This document shows positions 1 to 11,526 of a DNA stretch of 64,000 nucleotides, piece by piece; the stretch's first letter is position 1; each line of letters opens with the position of its first letter. The DNA comes from an uncultured Planctomycetota bacterium (GTDB taxonomy: Bacteria > Planctomycetota > Planctomycetia > Isosphaerales > Isosphaeraceae). The notes below the pieces were generated by a model that saw only the letters and a list, made by a program, of their open reading frames with translations, was not told where the DNA came from and ran no database searches. A program made the position numbers and the translations under genes. The stretch lies in NCBI GenBank assembly GCA_963845755.1, contig CAWJTV010000042.1, forward strand, positions 128,001-192,000. Direction: 5' to 3'.

Positions 1-551
1 AGGCCGCGGAGCTTCCTCAGGTCGTCGAGGATGGCGTCGAGGCCGTGCCCCTGGATGAACTGCATGGCGTAGTAGTGCACCCCCTGGTGCTCGCCCACGC
101 CGTGGACCGGCACGATGTTGCCGTGGTGCAGCCGCGCCACCGAGCGCGCCTCGAGCTGGAACCGCTCGATGTGGGTCGCGCCGAGCCGCCCCGAGAGCGG
201 GAGGATCTTGAGCGCGACGTGGCGGCCGAGCGACTCCTGCACGGCCTCGTAGACGACGCCCATCCCGCCCCGGGCGACCTCGCGGAGGATCCGGAAATCG
301 CCGAGCCGGTCGGACGCGGGGCTCGCGGACGGCCCGTCGCCGACGGCCCGCCCGTCGCCGGCCGGCTTGACCTGCTCCATCACGACGAGTGCGGGGAAGA
401 GGTTGACGATGGCCTCGGCGAGCTCGGGATGCCGGCGGGTGTACTCGGACAGCGGCGGCCGTTCGCCCCGGCGCTGCCGCTCGACGAACTCCTCCGCCAG
501 CACCTCGAGAGGATTGCGGTCGGCGCCGGAGATGGGTTCGTCGCGGGACAT
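1..551 (-). CDS. Hanks-type serine/threonine protein kinase, N-terminal part (runs off the window edge)
   Basis: My translation from ATG 551 gives MSRDEPISGADRNPLEVLAEEFVERQRRGERP...GDFRILREVARGGMGVVYEAVQESLGRHVALKIL...LHHGNIVPVHGVGEHQGVHYYAMQFIQG, i.e. kinase subdomains I-V. Not in the ORF track because it has no stop inside the window. Confidence 0.93.
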   Translation of the reverse strand, partial: MSRDEPISGADRNPLEVLAEEFVERQRRGERPPLSEYTRRHPELAEAIVNLFPALVVMEQVKPAGDGRAVGDGPSASPASDRLGDFRILREVARGGMGVVYEAVQESLGRHVALKILPLSGRLGATHIERFQLEARSVARLHHGNIVPVHGVGEHQGVHYYAMQFIQGHGLDAILDDLRKLRG

Positions 552-589
552 CGCTCAGAACCTCCGCATTGCGGGGATGGCCGTCGCGG

Positions 590-1237
590 TCAGGGCTCCA
601 GGAAACCCGGGATGCCCGCCAGGGCGTCCTTGAGCCGCTTCAGCGCCCGGATGTAGCGGTTGCTGGCCGCGGTCTTGCTGATCCCCAGGACCTCGGCCGT
701 TTCGTTGTTGTTCAACTCTTCGAAGTGGCGGAGCGTCAGGATCTCGCGATCGATCGGCTCCATGGCGTTCAGCGCATCCTGCACGCGAAGTTGGAGCTCG
801 GCCCGGAGGGCCGCCTGCGTGGGCGACGTGAGCCGGCCCAGGAGCATCGCGGCCAGCGAGACGGACGTCGCCCGGGGCAGCGCCCCATGCCGGAGCGAGA
901 TCTCCAGCCCGGCGTCCCGGGCCTTGCTGCCGAGGTGCCGGCGGTGCAGGGTCACCAGCCGCTGCCCGGTGATCCAGCGCAGCCAGAGGAACACCGGCAT
1001 CGCCGGATGCGCGAGGTACTCTCGCGCCCGGCGGACGACGTCGATCGAGGCCTCCTGCAACACATCCGACGGATCGAGCCGCCCCCGCAGCCGCCGGTCG
1101 AGCCGGAGGTCCACCATCCGCCGGAGCCGATCGCGATGGCGCGCGAACAGTTCCAGGAGCGCGGACTCGTCCCCGCCCTCGATCCGCCGGCGCAGCTCGA
1201 TCGATTCATCGGATTCGGCGATCATGATCGACCCCAT
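590..1237 (-). CDS. ECF-type sigma-70 factor (planctomycete kinase-associated type)
   Basis: Region 2 RHRDRLRRMVDLRLDRRLRGRLDPSDVLQE and region 4 DREILTLRHFEELNNNETAEVLGISKTAASNRYIRALKRL. Directly upstream of the kinase. Start is ATG 1237 or 1225. Confidence 0.93.
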   Translation of the reverse strand: MGSIMIAESDESIELRRRIEGGDESALLELFARHRDRLRRMVDLRLDRRLRGRLDPSDVLQEASIDVVRRAREYLAHPAMPVFLWLRWITGQRLVTLHRRHLGSKARDAGLEISLRHGALPRATSVSLAAMLLGRLTSPTQAALRAELQLRVQDALNAMEPIDREILTLRHFEELNNNETAEVLGISKTAASNRYIRALKRLKDALAGIPGFLEP

Positions 1238-1305
1238 ACTCAAGATAACCGCGCGACGGTCCGGATTGTCCACACGATTCCGGCGAGATTTCCGAGCCGG
1301 CCCCG

Positions 1306-4300
1306 TCAATTGACCCGCTCGCCCGGCTTCTTGTGGACGAGCTTGTCCTTGGCCCCCTTGAAGAACCAGTCCCGGCCGTGGCCGCCGATCAGCTTGCTGG
1401 CGCTGCCGTCGTCGTGGACGGTCGTCTTCCAGACGAGCCGGAACGACTTTGAGGGGCCGACGCCCTTCATGATGTCCTTGATCCGGGTGTCGTAGGACTT
1501 CCCGGACTGCCACGCCGCGAGGATCGCCTCGAGGGCTTCGTCTTTGGCGAGGCTGCTGGGGTCGTCATCCGTCGTGCCGCCGATCAGGATCGCGTCGCCG
1601 GCGCCGGCGGTGATCTGGTCGGTGCCCTTGCCGCCGATCAGGATGCTGCGGCCGGATCCCCCCTGGATCATGTCATTCCCGGGGCCGCCGATCAGGACGT
1701 TGCCGTGGGCGTCGCCAACGAGGTTACTGCCGTCGGGGCCGCCGCGAACGTCCTCGACGCCTCGGACTCCGCCCTGCACGGCGGTCGCCGTGCCGGCGGC
1801 CAGGTCGACGGCGACCGGGGCGTCGTAGGCCAAATAGTCGAGCCAGTTCCCTCCCCCGGTGCCGTTGATGCTCCCGGTGATCATCGCGCCCGGCTCGAAG
1901 GCGAAGGCATCGTCGGTGCCGGCCCCGCCCTGGAGATCTTGAATACCCTGGAAATCGACCCGTCCCATCAGACTGCCGGTGTCAACGCCGGTGATCGACC
2001 AGCTCGCGGCGAGGATGCTGTTGATCGTGGTCGAATTGACGGCGGCCATGACGTTGCCGGTACCCTGCGCGACGACGTCCACGGCGGTCTGGCCGGTACC
2101 CTTCACGGTGTAACGGTCGGGCCCCGGGCTGCCTTCGAGGGTGACGGATCCCGGGCCGGTATACTTGACCGCGGGGGCCGAGGTGTTGAAGTGGACGGAC
2201 CCCGCGTCCAGGATGTAGTCGCGGCCTCCCGGCCCGTCCTGGTCGGACAGGATGACGGAGGTCGTGCTCGTGCCCTGGATCGACAGTTGCCCCTGGATCG
2301 TGTCGAGGTTCTGCTGGGCGTTGCTCACCAGAACCGTGTCAGCGGCGTCGCCGGCTTCGATGAGCACCGACGTGGCCGCATCTGTCTGCGGGACGTCGAT
2401 CTCGGCCGGTGCGAGGCCGCCGGCCGCGAGGAACAGGGTGCTCAGCGGGTCGTCGGAGTCGTCGAACTGGATGGTCGCCGCGCCCGTGCGCGTGATCTCG
2501 TCGGGCGAGACCACGTAGGTGTCGCTCGCCTTCGCGGTCGTATCGAGCACGGCGAACGTCTTGGTCCCCTTGCTCCACTGGAAGGTCAACGGCCCCTGGA
2601 TGTCGTCGAGCGGGAAGGCCCCGAGGTTGTCCGTGCCACCGCCGGGCAGGACCTCCACGGGGACCCCGGCCGGCGTGCCCTCGACGGCGATGACGTTGGT
2701 GTCGGAGTTTTCGCTGGCGTGGAACGACAGGCTGGAGATCGCGTTGAAGTCGATGACGATGTTCGGCGAGCCGATGCGCTCGAGCTGCGTCGCGGTCAGC
2801 TCGTATTGCTGGGCCTTGCCATCGCCGGAATCATCGATCGTCAGCGGATCCTGGCCGGTGCCGCCGTTGATGGTGAGTGGGCCGAGGATGTGATCGAGCG
2901 AGGGGGACAGATCGCTCACCGCCACGGTGTTGTTGCCGGCCCCGGCATCGATGGTCGTTGTCGTCCCGGAGGCGGTGCCGAAGACGTGGATCGTGTTGGC
3001 TTCCGGGGTCGCCACCTTCAAGACGAGCTGGCCGAGGCTGCTGTAATCGATCGTGGCCTGAGTATTCACCCGTTCGACGTCCGTCTGCGTGACCCGGTAG
3101 GTGTCGGCGCGTGGTGAGCCCTCGTCGTCGATGGTCAGCGTGGTCGTCGGACCGTTCGCGTCGATGACATCCAGGGTCGAGTCGAGGTCGTCGAGCGTGC
3201 TCGACGGGTCGGAGGTGGTACCGCTCGCGCCGCCGTCGAATCCCACGTAGACCTGGGCATCCTCGCCGTTGGTCTGCACGGTCGTGGGTGCGTTGGCGAG
3301 CACGCTCTGGACGTAGATCTGGTCGGGCTGGGACGGGTCGAAGGAATACGTGCCCTCGAGCTTCACGCCGCCGGAGAAATCCCCGCCGGTGGACTGGAAG
3401 GTTACGTCCATCGGGTATCGGTACGAGGAAGGCTGGCCGTAAAGCGTCACGATCTGCCCCACATAGCGGAGGAGGTAACCCTGCGGCGTCGGCAACCCCG
3501 GCTGGGAGTGGCCGGGCGAGAGGCTCGAGGTCAGAGTGAGGATGTCCCCCGTCGAGCTGGCGGCGTCGTCGAACATGATCGCGTTCGAGCCGGCGCCCGC
3601 GTCGATGAAGAGCGGCCCCTGGATATCGTCGAGGGCGCTGCCCGGTCCACCGACCTCGATCGCGTCGTTGCCGCCGGCGGTGGAGACCGTGGTGGCGTCC
3701 GGCTGAGTGTCGGTGACGGTCACCGAGTCGTCACCGGCGAAGGTGTTGACGGCGAGCGTGTCGCTCGACTTGGGCAATGCCGCGTCGACGTGATACGAGA
3801 ACTCCTGGCCGTCGATCGAGGTGTTGACCGAGGCGGTGGTCCACTGCTGCTTGTAGATCGGCTCGCCGTTGGAGCCATACTGGCCCGTGGCGACCTGCTG
3901 GACGCCGACATAGACGGTGTCGTCCCCGGAGCCGCCCTTGATCGTCACGTGGTCGCCGTTTGCATCGGGGGAGGTCGTGTACTCGTGGAGGTTGACGTTC
4001 ACCTGGCTGACGTCGGCGTCGCTGAGATCGTCGATGACGTAGCTCTCGCCGCCGGTGTTGGCCGAGTCGGCGGCGTCGACGCTGACGACCGGAACCTCCA
4101 GGGCGTCGATCTGGCCGATGGATTGCTGATTCTTGTCCTGGCCGGCGACCTCGTATCCGGGGATATCGGAGTGCAGCGAAGTGATCGTCCAGGTCTCGCC
4201 GTCCTGGGCGCCCAGGACATCGAGCTGGGAATTGCTCCCGGTCACCAGGATCCCGCGGACGGTGAGCGGCCCGGCTCCTTCCTGCCATTCGAAGTCCGTC

Positions 4301-7240
4301 TGGCCGTATCCCGCCAGCATGTAGTCGCCGCCGAGCCCCTTGTCGTCCTTCCCCGCGATCATCACATACTGGGAAGACAGGGACGGGTTGACGGAGTTGT
4401 TGTCGGACCCGGCAAGGGGATCGTCGCTGCCGTAGAGGTTGTCATTGCCGAGCCCTCCCCCTTTCATCGTGGCACCCGCGTTGCCGGCCTGGAGCAGATC
4501 GTCCTGCCCGCCGTCCTGGCCGGCGCCCAGCATCTCGGCGGGGTTGGCGATCAGCATGTTCCACGCGGCCTGCTTCTCGGCGTCGTAGCCCTTGGCGCTC
4601 AGGTTGCCGCCGATCAACGTGTTCTGGCCGAATCCCCCCTGGAGTGTGTTGAGCGTCTGGATGGGGGACTTGAGCTTCGCCGGATCGCCTTGCGAGGAAT
4701 TCCACGTGCCCCCAACCATGTAGGTATCGCCATTGCCGAGGTACTGGAAGTCGTTGCCGTGCGGGCCGCCGATGAAGTACTGCGCCGGCGGCGACGCCCT
4801 GGCCGACGGTCACCGTCTCGGCCATCTTCCCGGAGTCCTCGAGCGCGACGATGGTCGTGCCCGGCGTGTCCGCCCCGGGGATCTCCTCGACGGCCCCGAA
4901 GGCGCTCGACGAGGAGGGCCTTGTCGTTGATCCCCTTCTGGTCGGTCGGCAGCGAGATCTCGAAGTCCTCATCGGTGGCCCCGGTGCTGTTGACGTTCTG
5001 GCGTCGCGACGCGTAGTCGCCCATGTCGAGCACGAGGACCTGGTTGGTCCCGGGCAGTTGCTTCTCGATGTCCGCGACGGGCAGGCCGGGAATCGGCGGA
5101 TCCTTGGGATTGAGGTTGCCGAACAGCTCGCCGAGCTGCGGCGGTGCCGGAGGCTGGCACGACGGACACGTGAAATCGAACAGCGTGACGCTGCCCAGGG
5201 GATAGGTGTAATTGATGTCGAAGGGCGAGACCCCGACCTGGACGAATGCCGACAGACTGAGATTCGCCGAACCGCCGATGATGAACGGGCAGAATGGCCC
5301 GCCGCTCACGACGTCGTTGGTGAAATCATCGAGCTGGAGGACCGGGTCGGTCACGGCTTTGCCATTTTGATCGACGGTCTTGACCTGATGATCGTTGGGG
5401 GCCGAATTGCCGGTGTTGATCCCCGTGACGCCGAAGCTCAATCCGATCGAGCCCGTGGCGCCGGTCTGGGCCAGGCCCAGGTCCAGCTTCCCGGTCAAGC
5501 CGATGCTCCCCGTCAACTGGGCCGAGGCTTTCGAGATGAACAGGCCATCGATGGGCTGACCGGCCGCGTTGTGGAAACCGTAGGTATCGACGCCCAGGGT
5601 CAGCCCGGCGGTGATGCCGAAACTCGCCGTGAGCTGGAGGAACAGCGGGATGGGAGGGATGATCGGTCCGATCGCCGGCCCGAGCGCGATGTTCGCCAGC
5701 GTCTGGCTGATCGGAGTCAAGCTGTACTGAACCAGCGCCACGTTGTCGTTGGTCAGCAGCCCCTCGAACGCCAGCGCCGGATCCGCCAGCATCGGGAGGA
5801 TGACCGTCCCGTCGAGGTCACCGCCCAGTTGGGTGAGATAGGGCTGGATCTCGCTGTTGACGGCGCTCGAGTCCTGCGTCGCCTGCGCCTCGATCGAGGA
5901 GAGCAGGGTCGAGAACGTGAGATCCTGCGCGGATCCGCGGTCGATGGCAGCGTACTGCTGGCGAAAGTGACTTCCGCCCCACTCGGAAACGAGAAACTGC
6001 CCGCCCCGCTGACGAGGTCGTGGAGCGTATCCAGTAGAGTCAGGAAACCCTTTTCGTTCATCGGCAGGAAGTCCTGGAGCAACGCCCTGGGCGTCACGGT
6101 GATGCCCAGGTTCGAGAGGACGGGCAATGGCTGATAGAAGAAGTCCACGACGTCCTGCAACGGCTTGATCTGCTTGTCGAGCGCCTGGATGAGCGGGCTG
6201 TTGGCGGGGTCGAGCTCGCTCCCCACGGAGCTCAAGTTGACACCCGCATCGAACGCGACGGTCGGCACCTGGCCGTCGCCCGGACCGTCGAAGGGGCTCG
6301 TGCCGGCGACGACGCTGTTCAACGGCCACTGGACCCCGAGATCCAGCGTGAGCGCCGGCGCGTCGGCGACGTCGAGAGCGTAGTCGAGGTCGACGGTCGC
6401 GGCAGCGGAGCTGGCGAAGTTGATCTGGTCGATGTCGGACGCGCTGAAGTTGTAGATGTTGCCCGAGGCGGACGCATTGAATGTCACCGGGACATCGAGA
6501 GAGCTCGGGGCGTGGGCATCGTCCGTCACCTGGTCGTGTACGCCGTTGAGACTTCCGGCCGTGCCGGCCCATCCTCCGAGGTTGGCCTTGAGCTCGACCT
6601 GCAACAGGGGACTGCTCGGGCCGTTCTGCGTCGGGTCAACGAAGAGGCCGGTCTGATCGAGGCCGAATTTCAGGTCGAGCGTGAAGGTGAGCTGCACGCC
6701 CACGGCCTGGTTGGCGGTCACCGCCAGCGGCGCGAGGCCGGGCAGGCCGAGCTCCAGGGCGACCGTCTCGGTGAGCGGCGTGCTCGTCGCGGCCTGGACG
6801 CTGAACGTGGCCTGGTTCGAGGACGAGCCCGTATTGGCGACCTGGGGCTGGTACGACGCCAGCGCCGTCTCCAGATCCGAGACCACCGTATCCTCGGGCT
6901 TCTGGCCGGTGACGGGCGGGTCGCCCTGGAACGTGGAGGCGATCTGCTGGGCCAGGCTCGCGAAGACCTGCCCCACGGGATCCGACGCCTGGCCGAGCTG
7001 AGTGCCCACCAGGGGCAGCGAGTAGCCGACGGCATTCGGGTTCAGGAGGTGGTCGTTCGCACTCGCTTGCATCTGAATGAAGATGGCCTGGAGTCCCGGG
7101 CCGACGAGCGACCAGTTCAGGCTCAGGAGCGTGCGGTCCTCCAGCGGCTCCGCGATCGGACTGGCGGCGAAACCGCGGCGGACGCGGCGCCTCGGATCAT
7201 ATCGTCGAGGGAACCCATATCGCCAGGTGATCCGATTCAT
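1306..7240 (-). CDS. Giant (~1,970 aa) secreted RTX/hemolysin-type calcium-binding repeat protein with planctomycete LEDRTLLS export motif, split by about three frameshifts
   Basis: N-terminus MNRITWRYGF...PIAEPLEDRTLLS. Repeated LDDIQGPLxID beta-rich units and GGxGxD nonapeptides (GGPGNDMIQGGSGRSILIGGKGTDQITAGAGDAILIGG). Assembled from ORFs 5753-7318, 4614-6572, 4442-4972 and 1306-4719, with shifts near 5945, 4900 and 4780. Confidence 0.85.
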
Positions 7241-7392
7241 TGGTCGGTCCTCGGTGGGGAGTCCAGGGAAGCAAGTCGGACGTTCCGGTCTTCCGCGTCG
7301 GGCGAAGGCGGCGGGCACCGCGAACGCGCGGAGCGGCGCTGGGCCGCTCCGATCGAGTCGGCGCGGACTTGGCTGTCGAATTCGCGCACCGA

Positions 7393-7641
7393 CTAACAGG
7401 GGTCGGGCGGCTCAACGTGGGCCACAATGCCCACACTCCCCGGCGGATCGGCTTGCCAGGGCGAGTGCTGTTGCTTGCCCGAGGCGCGGGTAATCTCCAC
7501 CGCGCCGGGGCCCTGCCCCGGCAGAATGGGCAGGACGAGCGAAGGGGCCAGCCGCGGCTCGATCGACTCGACGGCGAGGCGGGTTGACCACTGTCGGCGC
7601 GCCGACGGCCGGTGCCGACGTACCCGGTTTATCGAGTTCAT
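7393..7641 (-). CDS. Small (82 aa) protein with a LEPR-xLL-like planctomycete export motif
   Basis: Arg-rich N-terminus then LAVESIEPRLAPS; GAGGGAG RBS-like sequence just upstream of the ATG. Confidence 0.6.
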   Translation of the reverse strand: MNSINRVRRHRPSARRQWSTRLAVESIEPRLAPSLVLPILPGQGPGAVEITRASGKQQHSPWQADPPGSVGIVAHVEPPDPC

Positions 7642-8420
7642 GACGACGTCTCCCTCGGAGGAACTCGGGGCGCCGCGACGTGCGGCCCATCATGACAACC
7701 GCGCGGCGCGGCGGTTTGTCCACAGGCCGCGCGATCGCTCACGCGGTTTTCCCTTCGAGGTGCCGGCCTCGACCGCCGGGCATCACCCACCCCAGATCAC
7801 CGGAACCGGCTCTCGAACGCACGGTTCGTACTCCTCGATCTTCGGCAGAGTTAGAGGAAGAGCCCCTCGCGTTTCAACCGCTGGTCGCCCGCCCGGCCCA
7901 GCACGCTGGCGTCCGCCATCCGGGCGGAATTCTCGGGACTCGGGATCTTCAAGCCGAGGTCGTCGGGCATCCCTTCGACAAGCGAGACAACCCGCGCGGC
8001 GTTTTCAGGTGCCCCGGCGGGGATGCCCCGGGGCTAGACTGGCTCCGACCCTCCTTCAAGAAACCATCGCGCTGGCGGCCGATCCTCTCTGCTCCGTCCC
8101 CGGCGATTCGCCAGCCTGGACATGGACATCTACGGCCAACTCACCTGGCCGAAACGGGCGGCGCTGCCCCGAGAGCGTGCCACTCACGACGAGGCGGTGC
8201 GGCCGTGGCGCGAAGTGCCATCCGAAGGTCCCGGCGACCGCGAGACACGGGACATGCTGAAGTGGGTCGGGTACATTTCGCACGAATAGCGCCTATCCAC
8301 TTAATTGCGAGCCTACAGGGCGCGGGCCTCGTGGTCATCACGGAGCCGCCGCGGGGACTTGCTCGCTTCGGTCCGACGACACCGAAGCAATTGAGAGTCT
8401 GTTCCCTAAGTCCCCTCCTG

Positions 8421-8753
8421 AGCCCCCGGATGGGGGCGGAAGCACGTAGCCAGGGGCGTGAGCCCCTGGACGCGGGAGTTCCTCCGAACCGGGAAGCCCC
8501 GGAGGGGCGACAGAAACCCTGTGGCCCTGAGGACGTCTGTCGCCCCTACCTTCTAGACATATGTCCGACCGCATCCTCGGCACGCAAAAAAGCCGGTCGG
8601 ACAGCATGTTTCAGAAGGCTGATCCGGACCATATGTTGTCCAGCGGCACGACATATGTCCGGATCTCCGGGGCTCGAACGACGGTTGAGGGGGTCGCGGT
8701 CGATCATCCAGGGGCTCACGCCCCTGGCTACGTCCGGTCGCCCCTCTGGGGCT
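8421..8753. repeat. Composite REP-like palindromic element with nested inverted repeats
   Basis: CGTAGCCAGGGGCGTGAGCCCCTGGA (8445-8470) pairs with TCCAGGGGCTCACGCCCCTGGCTACG (8707-8732). Inner arm AGCCCCGGAGGGGCGACAGA (8495-8514) pairs with an interrupted complement. Confidence 0.85.
8548..8664. mobile_element. 117-bp non-autonomous insertion (IS110/IS1111-like MITE) at a CT core inside the REP arm
   Basis: CT flanks both ends (8546-8547, 8665-8666). Removing the insert plus one CT restores TCTGTCGCCCCTCCGGGGCT, the perfect complement of 8495-8514. Subterminal palindrome GACATATGTC at 8556-8565 and 8650-8659. Confidence 0.7.
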
Positions 8754-9337
8754 TTTGGAACAGACTCTGAGAGCAGTAACTGTTCGCGATTCAATGGTGA
8801 CAAGCAGACAGGCTCGCATAGAACCGCGAAATTACTTCCCGGACGCTCCGGTCGGATCGACGAATCGCACTAGTTTAAGCGTAAACCATTTTTGACAAAG
8901 GATTTACGTTTATGGTTGGCGGGTTTTTCGCGGAGAACATCCGAGTATGTTTATTTTATCGGTCGAGGGCTAGCCGGGAAACATAGGGCGCTGAGACGGA
9001 GCCCCTGGGAATCAACCCAAGGAGCCAGGAAGTTTAGCATTCACAAGTCTAAGCCCAATAGGATGTTGCGCTTGAGCTTGTGCCATTCGTCGATCCGACC
9101 GAAGCCCGCTGTGGCTCAGGGGGTCAGAGTGGTTTCTAGTTTCTTTATCCAGCCTCGCGAAAAAAACTTGAAACCAGGCCCGACCCCGACCCTCCCGCGA
9201 CCCTCCCCAGGGATCCCCACCGGGTGTGGCCGCGCGCTGGACGCCTGTCGCCGTTTGCTCCTGGGAACGGCTCTCAATATCATGAGGCACGGAGCGGGTG
9301 CCCGTGACCCTGGTATGGCTTCGCCCAGCGCTTACCC

Positions 9338-9565
9338 TTGGCCGCCGGCGCCCTCGCTGTCGGGCTGGGCGTTGCGGCTCGGCGAAGTTCCGGCCAGGGA
9401 CACCAGGAACACCGCCTGGCATCACGTGGCTTGGCGATGGGGGCAGTGGTCCTGGCGCTGGTCCTGGTCCCGAATCTCGTGGGTCGCTTGTTGACCGTCT
9501 GGTCGTCAGGGCCGCCTACGGTATCCGCCGAACCAGCGCTCCAACTGACTCGGCCCGCAGTGTAG
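9338..9565 (+). CDS. Possible small membrane protein or gene fragment
   Basis: Two hydrophobic stretches (GALAVGLGVAA, GLAMGAVVLALVLVPNLV); start codon uncertain. Confidence 0.3.
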   Translation: MAAGALAVGLGVAARRSSGQGHQEHRLASRGLAMGAVVLALVLVPNLVGRLLTVWSSGPPTVSAEPALQLTRPAV

Positions 9566-9653
9566 GTTCCCGGGAGTTCGTAGCCACCGGATGCGGGCCG
9601 GGCCGGCGTTCGGTGGCGGAGCGGATCAGCCTCAACAGCCTAAGGGGAATGAA

Positions 9654-11071
9654 ATGGCACAGCCAGGGGCAACTATCGGGCGGAAGCGTGTTCCACTCAT
9701 CGTCTGGGCCGTCGCGCTCGCCCTGGGTCTGAATGGATCGGCCTGGGCCGCGGCCTTCGGGCAGCCGAACGACGACGACGTTATTCCTAAAGGGGCCGAA
9801 TCGAAACCCTTTCGCAAGGTGCTCATTCTTTCAGGAGGCGAGCTTCGCTTTTCAGCGGGCCTCGCGATGATGGCCACGCTTTATCGGAGGGGATGGGTTC
9901 CCGATGTGACCATCTACACCTGCGGATTCTCCAAGATCCCGGCGCGTACTTAAACTCACTCACCCAACTCCAGCCCGGTCAACCCGATCCGGCAAAATGG
10001 TATGAGGCCGCTTTGTCGGACGAGTACTTCCGAATTATGCAAAGAGTCAAAGTCAATAAGGATTTCTTTTCGAGAGTCGTGGATAAAGACGGAAACACCG
10101 GTTCGAGCCTGCTTTACGGGCAAATGACTTCCCGGATCGCGGGAATGCAATTGAAGAAAGAGGTCAACAAGGCACGCGAGCTCCCCTTTCTTTCTTCCCT
10201 ACTAAGAACGAACCCAAACGCATTGAGGATGACTCCGGTAGCCACCTATCCCGCCCTTTATCGAGACAACAAAGACACCCTCCTTGATGTCCCTTTCGAT
10301 CTCAGTCCCCCCGGAATGAATATCCCCTTTTCAGCCAACAAGATGCGCGCAATTTTTCTGGCGACAAAGATCCTCTACCCGCGTGAGTTGCAAAATCAGC
10401 CTCGACCCGAGAATTCTCAGCCCCTCTATCAAGAGGTGGTTTTCACCGATCGGCACACGGCAGACGAAATCGCACGGGTGAAATACGAAAAGTCGGCGAT
10501 CGCAAAGATGTTCCCGAAGGCCCCGATCCATCCCGACGTAGAGGTCCGCAGTGGCTACCGAGTCTGGGATGTGGCCCGGGCTGCATTGGCAGATATGTAC
10601 CTTACGGCGCCCATGTGGCTAGAAGACCCCACGGGGGTTCATCCCAAAGAGCTCTTTTTCACGGGAGCGATGAACATTTCGCCCATCGAATTAGCGCTTT
10701 CCCTGGGCGACGAGGTGATGGCCATTCGAATGAAGGAGTTGCGAGCGTCAAATCCCGCCGAGAAAATCGAATCGTACGTTTATGAAAATACATTCGGCTT
10801 TACCAACGACGAGAGAAGACTGGAGATCAAGAACCGTTTCGGCGATAAGGTGATCTGGATCGATCTGGAAGGAATCCAGGAAATGGAGAAGAGAAACGGT
10901 TTTTCCCCACTGCGCGTCGGAGACGGGCCGAAAATGCATCTAGAGGATAACATCCCCAGTGATCCCGCGGAGTTTAAGAGGCGGAGCAAAGCCCAGTGGG
11001 AGTGGGGTGTGGAGCAGATCAGGCGGGTTGATCTTCGAAGGAAAGGCGGCCATAGCATCCCAGGAAAGTAA
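9654..11071 (+). CDS. Secreted atypical patatin-like protein, frameshift near 9940
   Basis: Signal peptide, then KVLILSGGELRFSAGL...PDVTIYTCGFS at the positions of the patatin oxyanion and nucleophile motifs; later VARAALADMYLTAP...FFTGAMNISPIELA. Visibly lower GC than flanking genes. Confidence 0.65.
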
Positions 11072-11376
11072 AGCCCGTGACAAGGGGAGATCCGATTGGT
11101 TGAAGAAGCTTCGCGGCAGTTTCTGGTCCTCCCAGATGGGCTTTAGTTCGCTGACGATCGCCTCATTTAAGTGGGGGGCATCCCGCGGCGCGAAGTTACA
11201 CAGCCGATCGTACTTCAGCCAGCGCCACAGGAACTCCACGGGCATCAGCTCCGGGGCGTGCGTCGGCATCGGTTCGATGTCCAGGCACCCCTGCGATCGC
11301 CGCTGCTCCGAAAATCTCCGGGGGACAAGGCTCCGTACGCGCGCAGGGTCCCCACGCCTCCAGGGGCGGTGGCTTT
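11053..11376 (-). pseudogene. IS630-family transposase C-terminal remnant
   Basis: IEPMPTHAPELMPVEFLWRWLKYDRLCNFAPRD matches the IS630 P.Y.PELNP.E..W..LK motif. Confidence 0.8.
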
Positions 11377-11526
11377 TGAGCGTGGCCAACATAATCGATG
11401 TGAAATTCGCGGATTCTGATCAACTTATTCGAGGTCTTGGCGATAACCACCATCAATTAGCGTGATCGAGCGAGAGCCTTCGCATGGCGTGTCCTCTTTG
11501 AATGTCCTCAGTCCAAGGAGCACGCC

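Noticed and set aside
7851..8283. Short minus-strand ORFs upstream of the LEPR-like peptide
   Set aside because: Possible gene debris, but no identifiable family or reliable start.
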